Source: Azolla caroliniana (lineage: Eukaryota; Plantae; Polypodiophyta). From it: a DNA stretch of 64,000 nt. Location of the stretch: positions 6,262,001 through 6,326,000 of the forward strand of contig JBHGNT010000011.1 of NCBI GenBank assembly GCA_043228905.1, in the 5' to 3' direction. Position 1 is the first letter of the stretch. Every line of letters starts with the position of its first letter. Both the position numbers and the translations under genes were made by a program. Shown one piece after another: positions 1 to 11,347 of the stretch. The notes beneath the pieces are model-generated. The model worked only from the letters and a program-made list of their open reading frames with translations, was not told the DNA's origin and searched no databases.

Positions 1-28
1 AAGGCCACCGACGAGACGTAGCGCACCA

Positions 29-2596
29 TTGGAGTTGGTGCACACTGATGTGTGTCAGGTAGAAACGAAGTCACATGGCGGAGCCCAGTACTTCGTGACA
101 TTCATTGATGACCATAGCCGGAAGCTGTGGACGGCACCGTTGAAGACAAAGGACCAAGTGTTGTGCGTCTTCAAAGAACTCCACGCGAGAGTGGAAAGGG
201 AATCCGGCAAGAAGCTGAAAGCGATACGAGCGGATAACGGAGGGGAATACCGGGGGCAGTTCAAGGAGTATTGTCGCTCGAAGGGAATCCGGCTCGAGTT
301 TACTGTGCCGAAGACGCCGGAACTGAACGGGCTGGCCGAGAGGATGAACCAGACCATAATGGAGAGGGTCCGGAGTATGCTAGCACATGCGAAATTACCC
401 AAGGGATTTTGGGCTGAGGCCATGTCGACGGCGACATATGTGATAAATAGATCACCCTCAGTACCTTTGGACGGAGACACGCCACAAAGAGTGTGGACCG
501 GTAAGGAAGTGTCCTACCGGCATCTGAAGGTGTTTGGGTGTCTCGCATACGTGCATGTGGCAAAGGACCGGAGAGGAAAGTTAGATCCAAAGACCCGGCC
601 ATGCATATTCCTCGGTTACGGCGACGACGAGTTCGGCTACCGAGTATGGGACCCGGTCGACAAGAAGATATTCAGGAGTCGAGATATCATCTTCATGGAG
701 GACAAGACACTCGCCGACTGGGAGTCGGAGAAGAAGATGAAGAGCTCCAAGTCGACCGGTGAGGATCAACTCTACGAAGAGCAGTCCCGACCGGCAAGGG
801 ACCGGTTAGCACTCGAGGATCCGGCTGAAGACGGTGAAGAAACAGAACCGACCGAGGAAGATGAAACTGATACCGGAACCGGCCCCGACCCCGAAATGGA
901 TTCGGATGAAGAGGAAACGGAGGAGCCGGTTACCGAAGCTCCGGAACGGAGATATCCTCTAAGAGAGAGAAGGGCCCCCCGGAGATTTCCGGAACCAGAG
1001 CACGTGCTGCTAACCGACGAGGGGGAGCCGGAGAGTTTTGAAGAAGCAAAGCTTGACAACCATAGCCGCAGGTGGTTAAGTGCCATGCAGGAGGAGATGA
1101 ATTCCCTGCATGAGAACCACACATATGAACTTGTGGAGTTGCCGAAAGGTAAGCGGGCACTTCGAAACAAGTGGGTGTTCAAGCTGAAACTGGGAGATGC
1201 CGGAAACCCCCCGAGATACAAAGCCAGAATCGTGGTGAAGGGGTTCCAGCAGAAGAAGGGCGTCGACTTCGACGAGATATTTGCCCCGGTAGTGAAGATG
1301 ACCTCCATCCGGACGGTGCTGAGCATAGCGGCAAGCATGGACCTCGAGGTAGAACAGATGGACGTGAAGACGGCATTCCTTCACGGTGACCTCGAAGAAG
1401 AGATCTACATGCAGCAACTGGAAGGATTCGAGAAGAAAGGGAAGGAGCACCTGGTATGCCGGTTGAAGAAGAGCCTTTACGGACTGAAGCAGGCTCCCCG
1501 GCAATGGTACCGGAAGTTCGACTCTTTCATGACCGACGAAGGGTACCACAAAACGCAGTCCGATCACTGTGTGTTTGTGAAGAAGTTCGAAGGAGGAGAC
1601 TCTCTAATACTCCTCCTGTACGTGGACGACATGTTGATCGTCGGACGGGACCAGGTCAAGATACGGATGCTGAAGAAAGCACTTCACCGAACCTTCTCAA
1701 TGAAGGACCTTGGTCCGGCGAGGCAAATACTAGGGATGCACATCATCCGGGACCGGAAGAAGAAGCAGTTGTGGCTGTCACAGGAGAAGTACGTGACAAA
1801 GGTGCTTCACCGGTTCAACATGTCGGAAGCAAGACCGGTCGGGTCAACCCTCTCGGCAAACTGCAAGTTGTCCAGCAAGCAAAGCCCCAAGACAAAGGCT
1901 GAGAAGGAGGACATGATGAAAGTACCATATGCCTCTGCCGTCGGAAGCTTGATGTACGCAATGGTGTGTACAAGACCGGACATAGGATATGCAGTCGGAG
2001 TGGTGAGCCGGTACATGAGCAATCCCGGCAAAGAGCACTGGAACGCGGCCAAGTGGATACTCCGATACCTGAAGGGCACGGCAAACGTGTGCCTCCGATT
2101 CGGCTCCGGTAAGCCCGAACTCGACGGCTTTACCGATTCGGATATGTCGGCTGATGCAGATACCAGCCGATCCACATCAGGGTATGTGATGACGTATGCA
2201 GGGGGAGCTGTTTCATGGCAGTCGAGGCTGCAGAAGACGGTTGCATTGTCAACCATGGAGGCGGAGTACATGGCGGCTGTTGAAGCCGGCAAGGAAATAA
2301 TATGGATGAAGGACTTCATTAGAGAGCTCGGTATCCGGCAGGAGGAGTACCGACTCTACTGCGACAGTCAGAGTGCCATCCACCTTGCGAAGAACGCGGC
2401 CTATCACTCCCGGACGAAGCACATCCAGCGAAGATATCACTGGATCCGGGAAAGGATAGAAGACCAGGAGTTCGTGCTGACGAAGATCCACACGGACGAG
2501 AACGGGTCAGATATGCTGACCAAAGTGCTCACACCCGACAAGCTGGAAGCGTGCCGGAGGAGGGTCGGACTGGAAAGACATCCCATGCCGAAGTGA
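29..2596 (+). CDS. Ty1/copia pol, C-terminal part (integrase core, RT, RNase H); runs in from the window edge
   Basis: Uninterrupted 855-aa frame with VHTDVC/FIDDHSR/DNGGEY/NGLAER (IN), YKARIVVKGF, QMDVKTAFLHG, LYGLKQAPRQW, LLYVDDM (RT), DSD...EAEY...DSQSA...SRTKHI (RNase H); IN-RT-RH order is copia. Confidence 0.97.
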   Translation: MELVHTDVCQVETKSHGGAQYFVTFIDDHSRKLWTAPLKTKDQVLCVFKELHARVERESGKKLKAIRADNGGEYRGQFKEYCRSKGIRLEFTVPKTPELNGLAERMNQTIMERVRSMLAHAKLPKGFWAEAMSTATYVINRSPSVPLDGDTPQRVWTGKEVSYRHLKVFGCLAYVHVAKDRRGKLDPKTRPCIFLGYGDDEFGYRVWDPVDKKIFRSRDIIFMEDKTLADWESEKKMKSSKSTGEDQLYEEQSRPARDRLALEDPAEDGEETEPTEEDETDTGTGPDPEMDSDEEETEEPVTEAPERRYPLRERRAPRRFPEPEHVLLTDEGEPESFEEAKLDNHSRRWLSAMQEEMNSLHENHTYELVELPKGKRALRNKWVFKLKLGDAGNPPRYKARIVVKGFQQKKGVDFDEIFAPVVKMTSIRTVLSIAASMDLEVEQMDVKTAFLHGDLEEEIYMQQLEGFEKKGKEHLVCRLKKSLYGLKQAPRQWYRKFDSFMTDEGYHKTQSDHCVFVKKFEGGDSLILLLYVDDMLIVGRDQVKIRMLKKALHRTFSMKDLGPARQILGMHIIRDRKKKQLWLSQEKYVTKVLHRFNMSEARPVGSTLSANCKLSSKQSPKTKAEKEDMMKVPYASAVGSLMYAMVCTRPDIGYAVGVVSRYMSNPGKEHWNAAKWILRYLKGTANVCLRFGSGKPELDGFTDSDMSADADTSRSTSGYVMTYAGGAVSWQSRLQKTVALSTMEAEYMAAVEAGKEIIWMKDFIRELGIRQEEYRLYCDSQSAIHLAKNAAYHSRTKHIQRRYHWIRERIEDQEFVLTKIHTDENGSDMLTKVLTPDKLEACRRRVGLERHPMPK

Positions 2597-2653
2597 AGGG
2601 GGAGTTTGTTGGGATTACGGTCCCTCCGGATGGGATGGTCAGATGTCCGGGAA

Positions 2654-2760
2654 CCGGATGATGAAGACCCCAGCTACGGAGCCGGATGATGAAGACCCCG
2701 GCTACGGAGCCGGATGACGAAGACCCCGGCTACGGAGCCGGATGACGAATGTACCCGGAG
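2654..2760 (+). repeat. 28-bp tandem repeat (~3.5 copies) in LTR U3
   Basis: CCGGATGA(T/C)GAAGACCCC(A/G)GCTACGGAG at 2654, 2682, 2710, partial at 2738. Confidence 0.9.
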
Positions 2761-2919
2761 AGAGATCCGGATGCGGGGACATATTTGTGAATATGTTCGC
2801 CAAGGGCCCTTGAGGCTATATTTGTAAATAGCCCGAAAGTCATATGTGTATAAATATGACTTAGGGCAAACAGTTTAGTAGTTGTTGCTTATTTTTGTCT
2901 GTTTACGAAGTGAGAACAG

Positions 2920-2950
<31 letters not shown>

Positions 2951-3214
2951 GAAGAGATTGTTGCCTCTGTGTATTACCGCCGCCTGTGGCGAAGACAGTG
3001 AGCTCAAGGTTGTTGCCTTGTAGCTTCACCATTGTACACCTCTGTTTATAGTGATAGTTGGAGTTCGAGGACTCCCGTGGTTTTTCCCATTTAGGGTTTT
3101 CCACGTAAAACATCCTGTGTACTCTTCTCTCTATTGTCCTCGTGCATCCTGGTATTTCCTGTTTTCTGTGAATTTATCCTATTCCTCGGTGGTGGCCGAG
3201 CACTGTGTTCAACA

Positions 3215-6200
3215 CATAGATGACCACAGCAGGACGTTGTGGGCCACACCGTTGAAGACGAAGGATCAGGTGCTATCTGTCTTCAAAGAGCTCCACGCGA
3301 GAGTAGAAAGAGAAACCGGCTGGAAGCTGAAGGCGGTTCGAGCAGATAACGGAGGAGAATACCGGGGGCAGTTCGAGGAGTATTGTCACTCGATGGGAAT
3401 CCGGCTCGAATTTACCGTGCCGAAGACGCCGGAACTAAACAGGCTGGCCGAGAGGATGGACCGGACCATAATGGAGAGGGTCCGGAGTATGTTGGCGCAT
3501 GCAAAATTACCCAAGAAGTTTTGGGTTGAGGCACTGTCAACGGCGACATACGTGATAAACAGATCACCCTCAGTACCCTTGGACGGAGACACGCCGCAGA
3601 GAGTCTGGACCGGTAAGGAAGTGTCCTACCGGCATCTCAAGGTATTCAGGTGTCTTGCGTACGTGCATGTAGCTAAGGACTGGAGAGGAAAGTTAGATCC
3701 GAAGACCTGGCCATGCATATTCCTCGGTTACGGCGACGATGAGTTCGGCAACCAAGTGTGGGACCCGGTCGACCAGAAAGTTTTCCGGAGCCGAGATATT
3801 ATCTTCATGGAGGACAAGACTCTTGCCGACTGGGAGTCGGAGAAGAAGATAATGAGCTTCGATGAGATTCAGACCCACCCAACTAAGAGTTGGTTGACAC
3901 TCGAGGAACCAGCCGATTACGGTGTGGATACCGAACCGGCAGAAGAAGAAGTAGAGGAAGCTAAAACCGGAACCGGCCAAGACCCCGAATCGGATTCGGA
4001 TGAAGAACAAATAGAGGAGCTGGTTGCCGAAAGCCAAAGACAGAGATATCCTCTCAGAGAGAGAAGCCCCCCTCGGAGATTTCTGGATGTAGAGCATGTG
4101 CTGCTGACCGATGAGGGAGAGTCGGAAAGCTTCGAAGAAGCGAAGGATGACACCCACAGCCGTAAATGGTTAAATGCCATGCAGGATGAGATGGATTCCC
4201 TGTATGAGAACCATACGTACGAATTGGGCCCCCCGGATATTTCCGAATGTAGAGCATGTGCTGCTGACCGATGAGGGGGAGCCGGAAAGCTTCGAGGAAG
4301 CTAAAAGTGACACCCATAGCCACAAATGGTTAAGTGCCATGCAGGACGAGATGGATTCCTTGCATGAGAACCACACGAATGAATTGGTGGAGTTTCCGAA
4401 AGGAAAGAGGGCACTCCAAAACAAGTGGGTGTACAAGTTGAAACCGGGAGATGCCAGCAACCCTCCAAGGTACAAAGCCAGGATCGTGGTGAAGGGGTTC
4501 CAGGAGAAGAAGGGCGTGGACTTCGGCAAGATATTTGCCCCAGTAGTAAAGATGACCTCCATCCGGACGGTGTTGAGTATAGCGGCAAGCATGGACCTCG
4601 AGGTAGAGTAGTTGGACGTGAAGACGGCATTCCTTCACGGTGACCTCGAAGAGGAGATCTACATGCAACAACCGGAAGGATTCGTGGAGAAAAAGAAGGA
4701 GCACCTGGTTTGCCGGTTGAAGAAGAGCCTGTACAAACTGAAGCAGGCTCCCCGACAATGGTACCAGAAGTTCGACTCCTTCATGACCGACCAAGGGTAT
4801 CACAAAACACAAACCGAGCACTGCGTGTTTGTGAAGAAGTTCGAAGGAGGCAACTTCCTGATACTCCTTCTGTACGTGGACAACATGTTGATCGTCGGAC
4901 GAGACCAAGCCAAAATACGGATGTTGAAGAAGGCTCTCAACCGAACTTTCCCAATGAAAGACTTGGGCCCAACAAGACAGATACTAGGGATGCACATCAT
5001 CCGGGACCGATCAAAGAAGCAATTGTGGTTGTCACAGGAGAAATACGTGACAAAGGTGCTTCAGCGGTTCAACATGTTAGAAGCAAAACCGGTCGGATCG
5101 ACACTCCCGGGAAATTGCAGATTATCCGGTAAGCAAAGCCCGAAGACGAAAGCAAAGAAGGAGGAGATGATGAAGGTTCCATACGCCTCTGCCGTTGGGA
5201 GCTTAATGTACGCAATGGTGTGTACTCGACCGGATATTGGATACACAGTTAGAGTGGTGAGCCGGTTTATGAGCAATCCCAGCAAGGAGCACTGGAACGC
5301 AGTCAAATGGATACTCCGGTACTTGAAAGGCACTTCGAATATGTGTCTCTGATTCGGCTCCGGTAAACCTCAACTTGACGGTTTTACCGATTCGGATATG
5401 TCGGTTGATGTGGATACCAGCCGGTCTACATCCAGGTATGTAATGACATATGCAGGGGGAGTTGTTTCGTGGTAGTCGAGGCTGTAGAAGACGGTTGCGT
5501 TGTCAACCACGGAGGCAGAGTACATGGCGGCTGTGGAAGCCGGCAAGGAAATATTATGGATGAAGGACTTCATCGGAGAGCTCGGTATCTGACAAGATGA
5601 ATACCGGCTCTATTGCGACAATCAAAGTGCCATCCACCTTGCTAAGAACGCAACGTACCATTCCAGGATGAAGCACATCCAGCGTAGGTATCATTGGATC
5701 CGGGAGCGAGTAGAAGATCGAGAGTTTGCGCTGACGAAGATCCAAACGGCTGAGAACGGGTCAGATATGCTGACCAAAGTACTGATACCCAACAAGTTGG
5801 ATGCATGTTGGAAGCGGATCGGACTAGTAAGACATCCCATGCCGGAGTGAAGGGGGAGTTTGTTAGGAAACAAGTCCCTCCGGATGGGAAGTGAGAAGAA
5901 CCGGATGTGGAGTACCCGGCAACGGAAGACCCGGTGAGAACCAGATGACAAGTACCCGGCAACAGAAGACCCGGTGAGAACCGGATGTGGAGTACCCGGC
6001 AACGGAAGACCCGATGAGAACCAGATGTGGAGTACCCGGCAAGGGAGACCCGGTGAGAACCTCTCATCGGATGGAAGGGACATATATGTAAATATGTTCC
6101 AGAGAGCCCACTAGGGCTATATTTGTAAATAGCCTGAAAGTCATATTAGTATAAATATAACCTAGGGCAAACTTAATAATTATGATGTAGAGTTGGTTGT

Positions 6201-6547
6201 GCTATTATCGTCGTGGTGATAATTCAGAGCGCAATTGTGTACAGAGAAGAGAGAGAGAGAGAGAGGAAGAGGTTGTTGCCTCTATTGTAACCGCCTAGTG
6301 GCGAAGCGAGGGAGCAAGAGGTCGTTGCCTCTATGCCCCATTGTTGTAATCTTGATATAGTGATATTTTGCAGTCTGAGGGCTGTCGTGGTTTTTTCCCA
6401 GATTTGGGTTTTTCCACATTAACATCCAGTGCACTCTCTTCTTTACTGTTTCGTGTGTAGATACATCTCACCACATCCCTGTTTTCTGTGATTGATTCGA
6501 CGTCTCGGTTGTGGCCGAGCATAGCTTAGGAAACCGTATTCCTATCA
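3215..6547 (+). mobile_element. Copia family X copy 2, degenerate (IN from the DDH motif, RT, RH, PPT, LTR 5861-6547)
   Basis: Close paralogue of 29-2596 with stops and a frameshift; PPT 5848-5858; LTR TGTTAGGAA...TTCCTATCA; 40-bp x4 U3 array at 5901-6060. Confidence 0.93.
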
Positions 6548-7340
6548 CATTTTTGCCCTGAGTTGCTGAAAACCCTGACCTCCCTTTGGTGGGGGTCATC
6601 TTACTTTCTTTGATGGGGGTCCTTTTTCTTTCCTTGCATGGTGTGATGTCATTTTCGGTGACCATTTTCTTCTTTGTGGGTGTCTTACTTGTCATGTGAA
6701 TCTTGTCTCTCTTCTTCGCCTCACATGCACAACAATAGTAAATAACAGTAAATCATGCACAACAATAGTAAACAATATTAAATAATATACAATTCAAGGA
6801 GAGGTCGGATATAAAACATAATGTTAACTCCCAATGCTTGACATATACACATGTTGTCCGACTCTCAAATTCAAGCATATGCATGTACAATGCACTCAAA
6901 TGATCAAATGATCAAGGGAGACCAACAACAACAACAACAAAACCCTCAACGATAATAACAGATAGAATCAAACATACAGATAAACATGTCCCAAACATCA
7001 TTATGGTTGCAGATGTAAGAAACAGATAGAAAATGACAAAAACAAATAGAATCAAACATACAAATATAGTGTAAAACAAGTACCAAATGTCGTTGTCGAA
7101 GTCTTTGAAGAGGGGACGCGATTGAAACAAACCAGGTAGAGGGAACGAAGTATGAGGGAACACTTGGAGGTAGAGGGAACACGACTAGCAAACCCTAAAC
7201 CGATGCGAAGAGGACATGGTGTGCAGACCACACTTCAAAGAACCCTTGAGAGAGAGAACATGGCTAGCTGAGGAAAGCTCGAGAACATGGCCAACAGAGG
7301 ACACAGTACAGCGGTTGAGAGAGATAATACCTGAGAGAGA

Positions 7341-7586
7341 GACGAGGACACAGTTGAAGACCTGATGTCGATGCAACGAGGACACAATACAACACCTGAT
7401 GCCGATGTAACGACGACACAGAACAACGAGGTCACAACGTATTGTTGTTGCAAAGAGGACATGACGAGGACACAGTTGAAGACCTAATGTGATGCAGCAA
7501 GGACACAGTACAACACCTGATGTCGATGTAACGACGACACAGAACAGCGAGGTCACAGCGTACTGTTGTTGCAAAGAGGACACGAC
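7341..7586. repeat. ~122-bp tandem duplication
   Basis: GACGAGGACACAGTTGAAGACCT...GCAAAGAGGACA at 7341 and 7463. Confidence 0.8.
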
Positions 7587-8329
7587 AAGCAGGGAATGGG
7601 TTTAGGGTTTGCAAAATGAGCAGAGAACGTGGAGAAACCTGTGCAGAAGTTGGAGGGAGGGAGGGAGGGAGGGGGGTACAAACGTAATGAATTCTCGAGT
7701 AGAAGGGGGAAGGAAAGAGTGCGAGAGAGAGGAGGTACAAACCTAGTGAATTACTAAGTGTAAAGAGAGACAAAGACACAGAGAGACAGAGAGACTAATT
7801 TTTTTTTTTTTTATAAAAAATATGCTCCATTGGTATTAAAATTAACAATGCCAAAGGCAATCTACAAATTGTACATAATAGTTTCCACTCCATAAGTATA
7901 TATCGTAAAAAAAGGGACCAAATAAAGATGGCATTTGTTATGGCCTCTAAAAAACATCATGTTGCAGCCAACATTGGCTGAATGTGATTCCACATATACT
8001 GAAGCTCTTTAGTATACCCCTATTCAACCTATAAACAAATTCCTGGTTGTCCAATAGCTGTTCCCGTTCCTTGGCCTTTAATTTTCCTTTGTGAATGTCC
8101 TTTTGTACCACTTAGGTAATACAAAACTGCTCTCTCCAATCAAGCCATTGAGGTAATCTGCTACTTCTTGGCCGTAGTCTTCTTCAAGCTGAAACTCAGA
8201 ACAGCCATACATTGATTAGACCATAATCTCATCACAACCATGCTTCATTTAACCCACATCAGTCATGTCTCCGATTAACGTCATTGCCCAAAAACCCCAA
8301 AAATCTGTGATAAGAATAAAATCCGTCTA

Positions 8330-9130
8330 AAAATTCCTCACCCACTCGTGATGATTGGCTTCGACCCTCCCCACCATCTTCACTCATCCTCACCACAAAT
8401 ATTTCTTCCTTTAGTCGACATCAGCCATCTCACCGATTAACCTGGTTCCAATGTCCATGCATATCCCACTCATTATAGTCGGCTTCACCCTCCCCACCAT
8501 CTTCACTCATCCTTAACACAGAAATTCTTCATACAGTCGACATCAGCCATCTCACCAATTAACACGGTGGCAATGTCCACGCATATCCTGTATTGATCAA
8601 CACAAAATTAGTGTAAACATTTTCTCACCCACTCGTTATAGTCGGCTTCACCCTCCCCACCATCTTCACTCAACCTTATCACTTTCACACAGAAAATTTC
8701 TTCGTTCAATCCACATCAACCGTCTAGCCAATTATCGTCATGACCAATGTCCACGAAAAAACCTGTATCAATAACAAAACAGTTAATCTCAAAATTTCCT
8801 CACTCATGATAGATGGCTTCGACCCCCCCGCCATCTTCCCTCATCCTTATCACAAAACAAGAAATTCTTCATTCAGTCCACGTCAGCCCTCTTGCCGATT
8901 AATATCTTGCACTGTTGACGAAAAACCTGTATTAAAAACAAAAATTAGTGTAAAAATTCCCCACCCACTCACGATTGTCGACTATGACCCCGCCACCATA
9001 CCCCATCCTTTTCTCTTACACATTCTTCCTTCTTTCCACATCAGCCCTCTCGTCGATTAGCTTGTTGCCAATGTCCGTGGAAAACCTGTATTTACAACAC
9101 AAAAACAGTTTACACTTTCCTCACGCACTC
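8330..9130. repeat. Diverged tandem repeats (~120-170 bp, ~5 copies) in the LINE 3' region
   Basis: CCCACTC..GAT..TCGGCTTC..CCCTCCCCACCATCTTCACTCATCCT recurs near 8341, 8465, 8628, 8800, 8964. Confidence 0.75.
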
Positions 9131-9133
9131 ATC

Positions 9134-9805
9134 CTAAACGGCTGTGTTCAATATAAATGGCGCTGGTGGCGGAAACAACCATCGAGGTGGAACATAATTC
9201 CACTTTACATCTTCCCCTGTTGCATCCAAAAAAATAGGAATGGTTGACCAGACTCTTCTAAGTCGCTTTCTTTTCCGGTTAGGCCCATTTCCACAACCCT
9301 TATAGCTATCATATTCACCTTTAACTATATTTACCAATAATTCCCAGAAAGATTTAACTTGATCCACTACATTAGTATCTTCATCATTATATATTTTAGA
9401 ACACCTTGCTTTCCAAATAATCCATAAGGCCAACGAGGAAATAACGTTCCAAACATAACACCTAGAAAAAAACTTGACTCCCTGCAAGGAGCTATTCGTA
9501 ACGTACACCTGAAAACTTTTCACATGTAAAGTCAATGATGAATTATGATAATGATAAAAAACAGTTTCTTGATCCAACGTACCCCAAAAGATTGTACCCC
9601 ACGTGAATTTAGTAGCCCTATACTTACGACTTAAAAGCCTAAGAATACGAGCCCAAAAACATTTGGCCGTAACACATTCCCAAAAAGCATGATGTAATGT
9701 CTCATATGCCCAGCCACACCTACCACATGATCGATCAGGTATTGTTCCCCTCAATAAAGCTCCTACTGGCAATGCATAATGAATCATTAACCATCGAAAG
9801 TGCAA
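9134..9805 (-). pseudogene. LINE ORF2 C-terminus (zf-RVT zinc-binding region)
   Basis: CGRCG..ETLHHAFWEC..AKCFW and LWIIWKARC motifs typical of plant L1 ORF2. Confidence 0.88.
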
Positions 9806-10146
9806 TACCTTGTTGACAGAGAGACTAATTGACTAACTAACTGACAGTTCGACATAAACTTGTTAATTGCCAAGAGAGACAGAGTGGACGATTGACTGAC
9901 GACTCGAGATCTTATATAGTTAAGACCTCCTTACAACATTACCTAGGATTTTAACGCAAGTGATGTTTATTTGTATTTGAATTCTATTTTCATTGAAAGT
10001 GACTTTTAATTTTAAGACAAGTGATCAACTTTTTAAACTCAAATACTAGATTTATTTTTACATTTTGAAGTTTTTCCTCCACATGGAATTAGTACTAAAG
10101 TTTTGGCCAAAAGTTGGTACACCGTAGCATGCTTCGACCCATATAA

Positions 10147-10658
10147 TAAAAGAGAAGATCCCAGATGTACCTGTTGACGCAACACAGAGACGAACAAGGA
10201 GTATGTCTCATAATCGCAGTGATGTTGGATTGCAATTGGATGAAGACAATGCATTGGTTGCTAGTGATGAGGAGGATGAGACCTCACAAAGCTCTTCTAG
10301 CTCATCGGGTGGGTCTGAAGGGGAAGGTGTATCTCTAGGAAGTGATGAATCTCATATATGAAATGTAAATATTGTATGTTGCATCAATATGGGGATTCAC
10401 AAATATGTATAAATATACATGTTAGTCATTTTGTAATTTTTGTACGTTCTCTTGTAAATTTCACGTGTCGATTATTATGGGCATTTTTTGAAAGCCCTAA
10501 ATTTTTGGACATGGTATAAATCAATATATTTGGTTCAATTTCCAAAACCTTTTAGGCATGCGATGGTCCTTTTTGTGAAATGCTCTACTTTGTGCCTTTT
10601 TTGGACAGATTGTTCTTAAATTGCGACATATTACCTATTTCAAAAGACTTGGTGTTAG
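10147..10658 (+). mobile_element. Isolated 3' end of the DNA transposon family also ending at ~18760
   Basis: Colinear with 15908-16324 + 18665-18760 (e.g. GTGATGTTGGATTGCAATTGGATGAAGA, GACATATTAC..TTTCAAA). Confidence 0.7.
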
Positions 10659-10679
10659 ACGTCAATATGCTTGATGACA

Positions 10680-11347
10680 TCTACTCTCTAGGAGGAACAA
10701 CTTCAACTTGTTCCTCCTCTTCCACGAACTCCAAGACAACGAGTTTGTTGTCATCACTCTTAGCTCATTTCTAGTACGTCTTATGTTCTAATTTGGACTT
10801 CCGAGATGGTTTTGGAGGTGTCTCCGCTTTGGTGATCACATAAGGTCAGAGTGCCACAATCAAATTATTTTTTGTTTGTAAGTCTTTACGTAAAATTTTG
10901 GGGTGGAAACAGTCAGCCACTAAGTTGCCTTCATCGACTCGTACACGTCGATTCCCACCCGAGCTTTCCACATCCAAGACAAGAGTGTTGGAATCACTAT
11001 CTTCATATTCAAGATTTCGAATCTTCCCATATGTGAAAGTCTTCCCTAACTCAAGTTTGCCTTTGCCTTCGGTCTTAGAAAAAATGAGGAACAATAAGCC
11101 GTCTTCCTAGACATAAACTAAGCTCCATTCTAAGTCCACGTAATTTTTCAATTTTTGTTCTGTTGGCCTTTCATCGACTTGCCTGTTGGTGTTACCTAGC
11201 GATGACTTCAAGATCTCGTCACCACCAGCGATGACTTGTCCATTAAAAAGCTACTAAATCCCCTCTTTGTTGGAGAGCTCTAAGAGCCCTTCTGTGTTGG
11301 TGACCTAATCTTCAACTTGAATGTTGGGACTTTTTGTCTTGGCTCAC
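10680..11347 (-). pseudogene. Degenerate spliced ORF of unknown function, divergent from the transposase
   Basis: Protein-like frame with stops (includes ORF 10846-11094); TTTTAG acceptor ~11347 and CAG/GTATGT donor ~11669 on the minus strand. Confidence 0.35.

Larger units (their letters stand above)
1..3214 (+). mobile_element. Copia family X copy 1, 3' part: PPT ~2594-2605, 3' LTR 2607-~3214
   Basis: GAAGGGGGAG PPT at the pol stop; LTR starts TGTTGGG at 2607; TATAAAT at ~2849, (GA)n, U5 shared with the other X LTRs; ends ...TTCAACA at 3214 (may lack ~12 terminal nt). Confidence 0.9.
7801..9814 (-). mobile_element. 5'-truncated L1-type LINE with poly(A) tail and 16-bp TSD
   Basis: TSD GACAGAGAGACTAATT at 7785-7800 and 9815-9830; T-run at 7801-7812; zf-RVT ORF at the 5' end. 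Confidence 0.9.

Noticed and set aside
55-2491. Antisense and alternate-frame ORFs over copia pol
   Set aside because: Shadow ORFs of a GC-rich coding strand.
3051-4274. 407-aa ORF as a novel integrase gene
   Set aside because: Chance in-frame fusion of LTR U5 sequence to a truncated integrase.
6468-6720. TPxK-repeat basic ORF on the minus strand
   Set aside because: Short, runs into the LTR, no identifiable domain.
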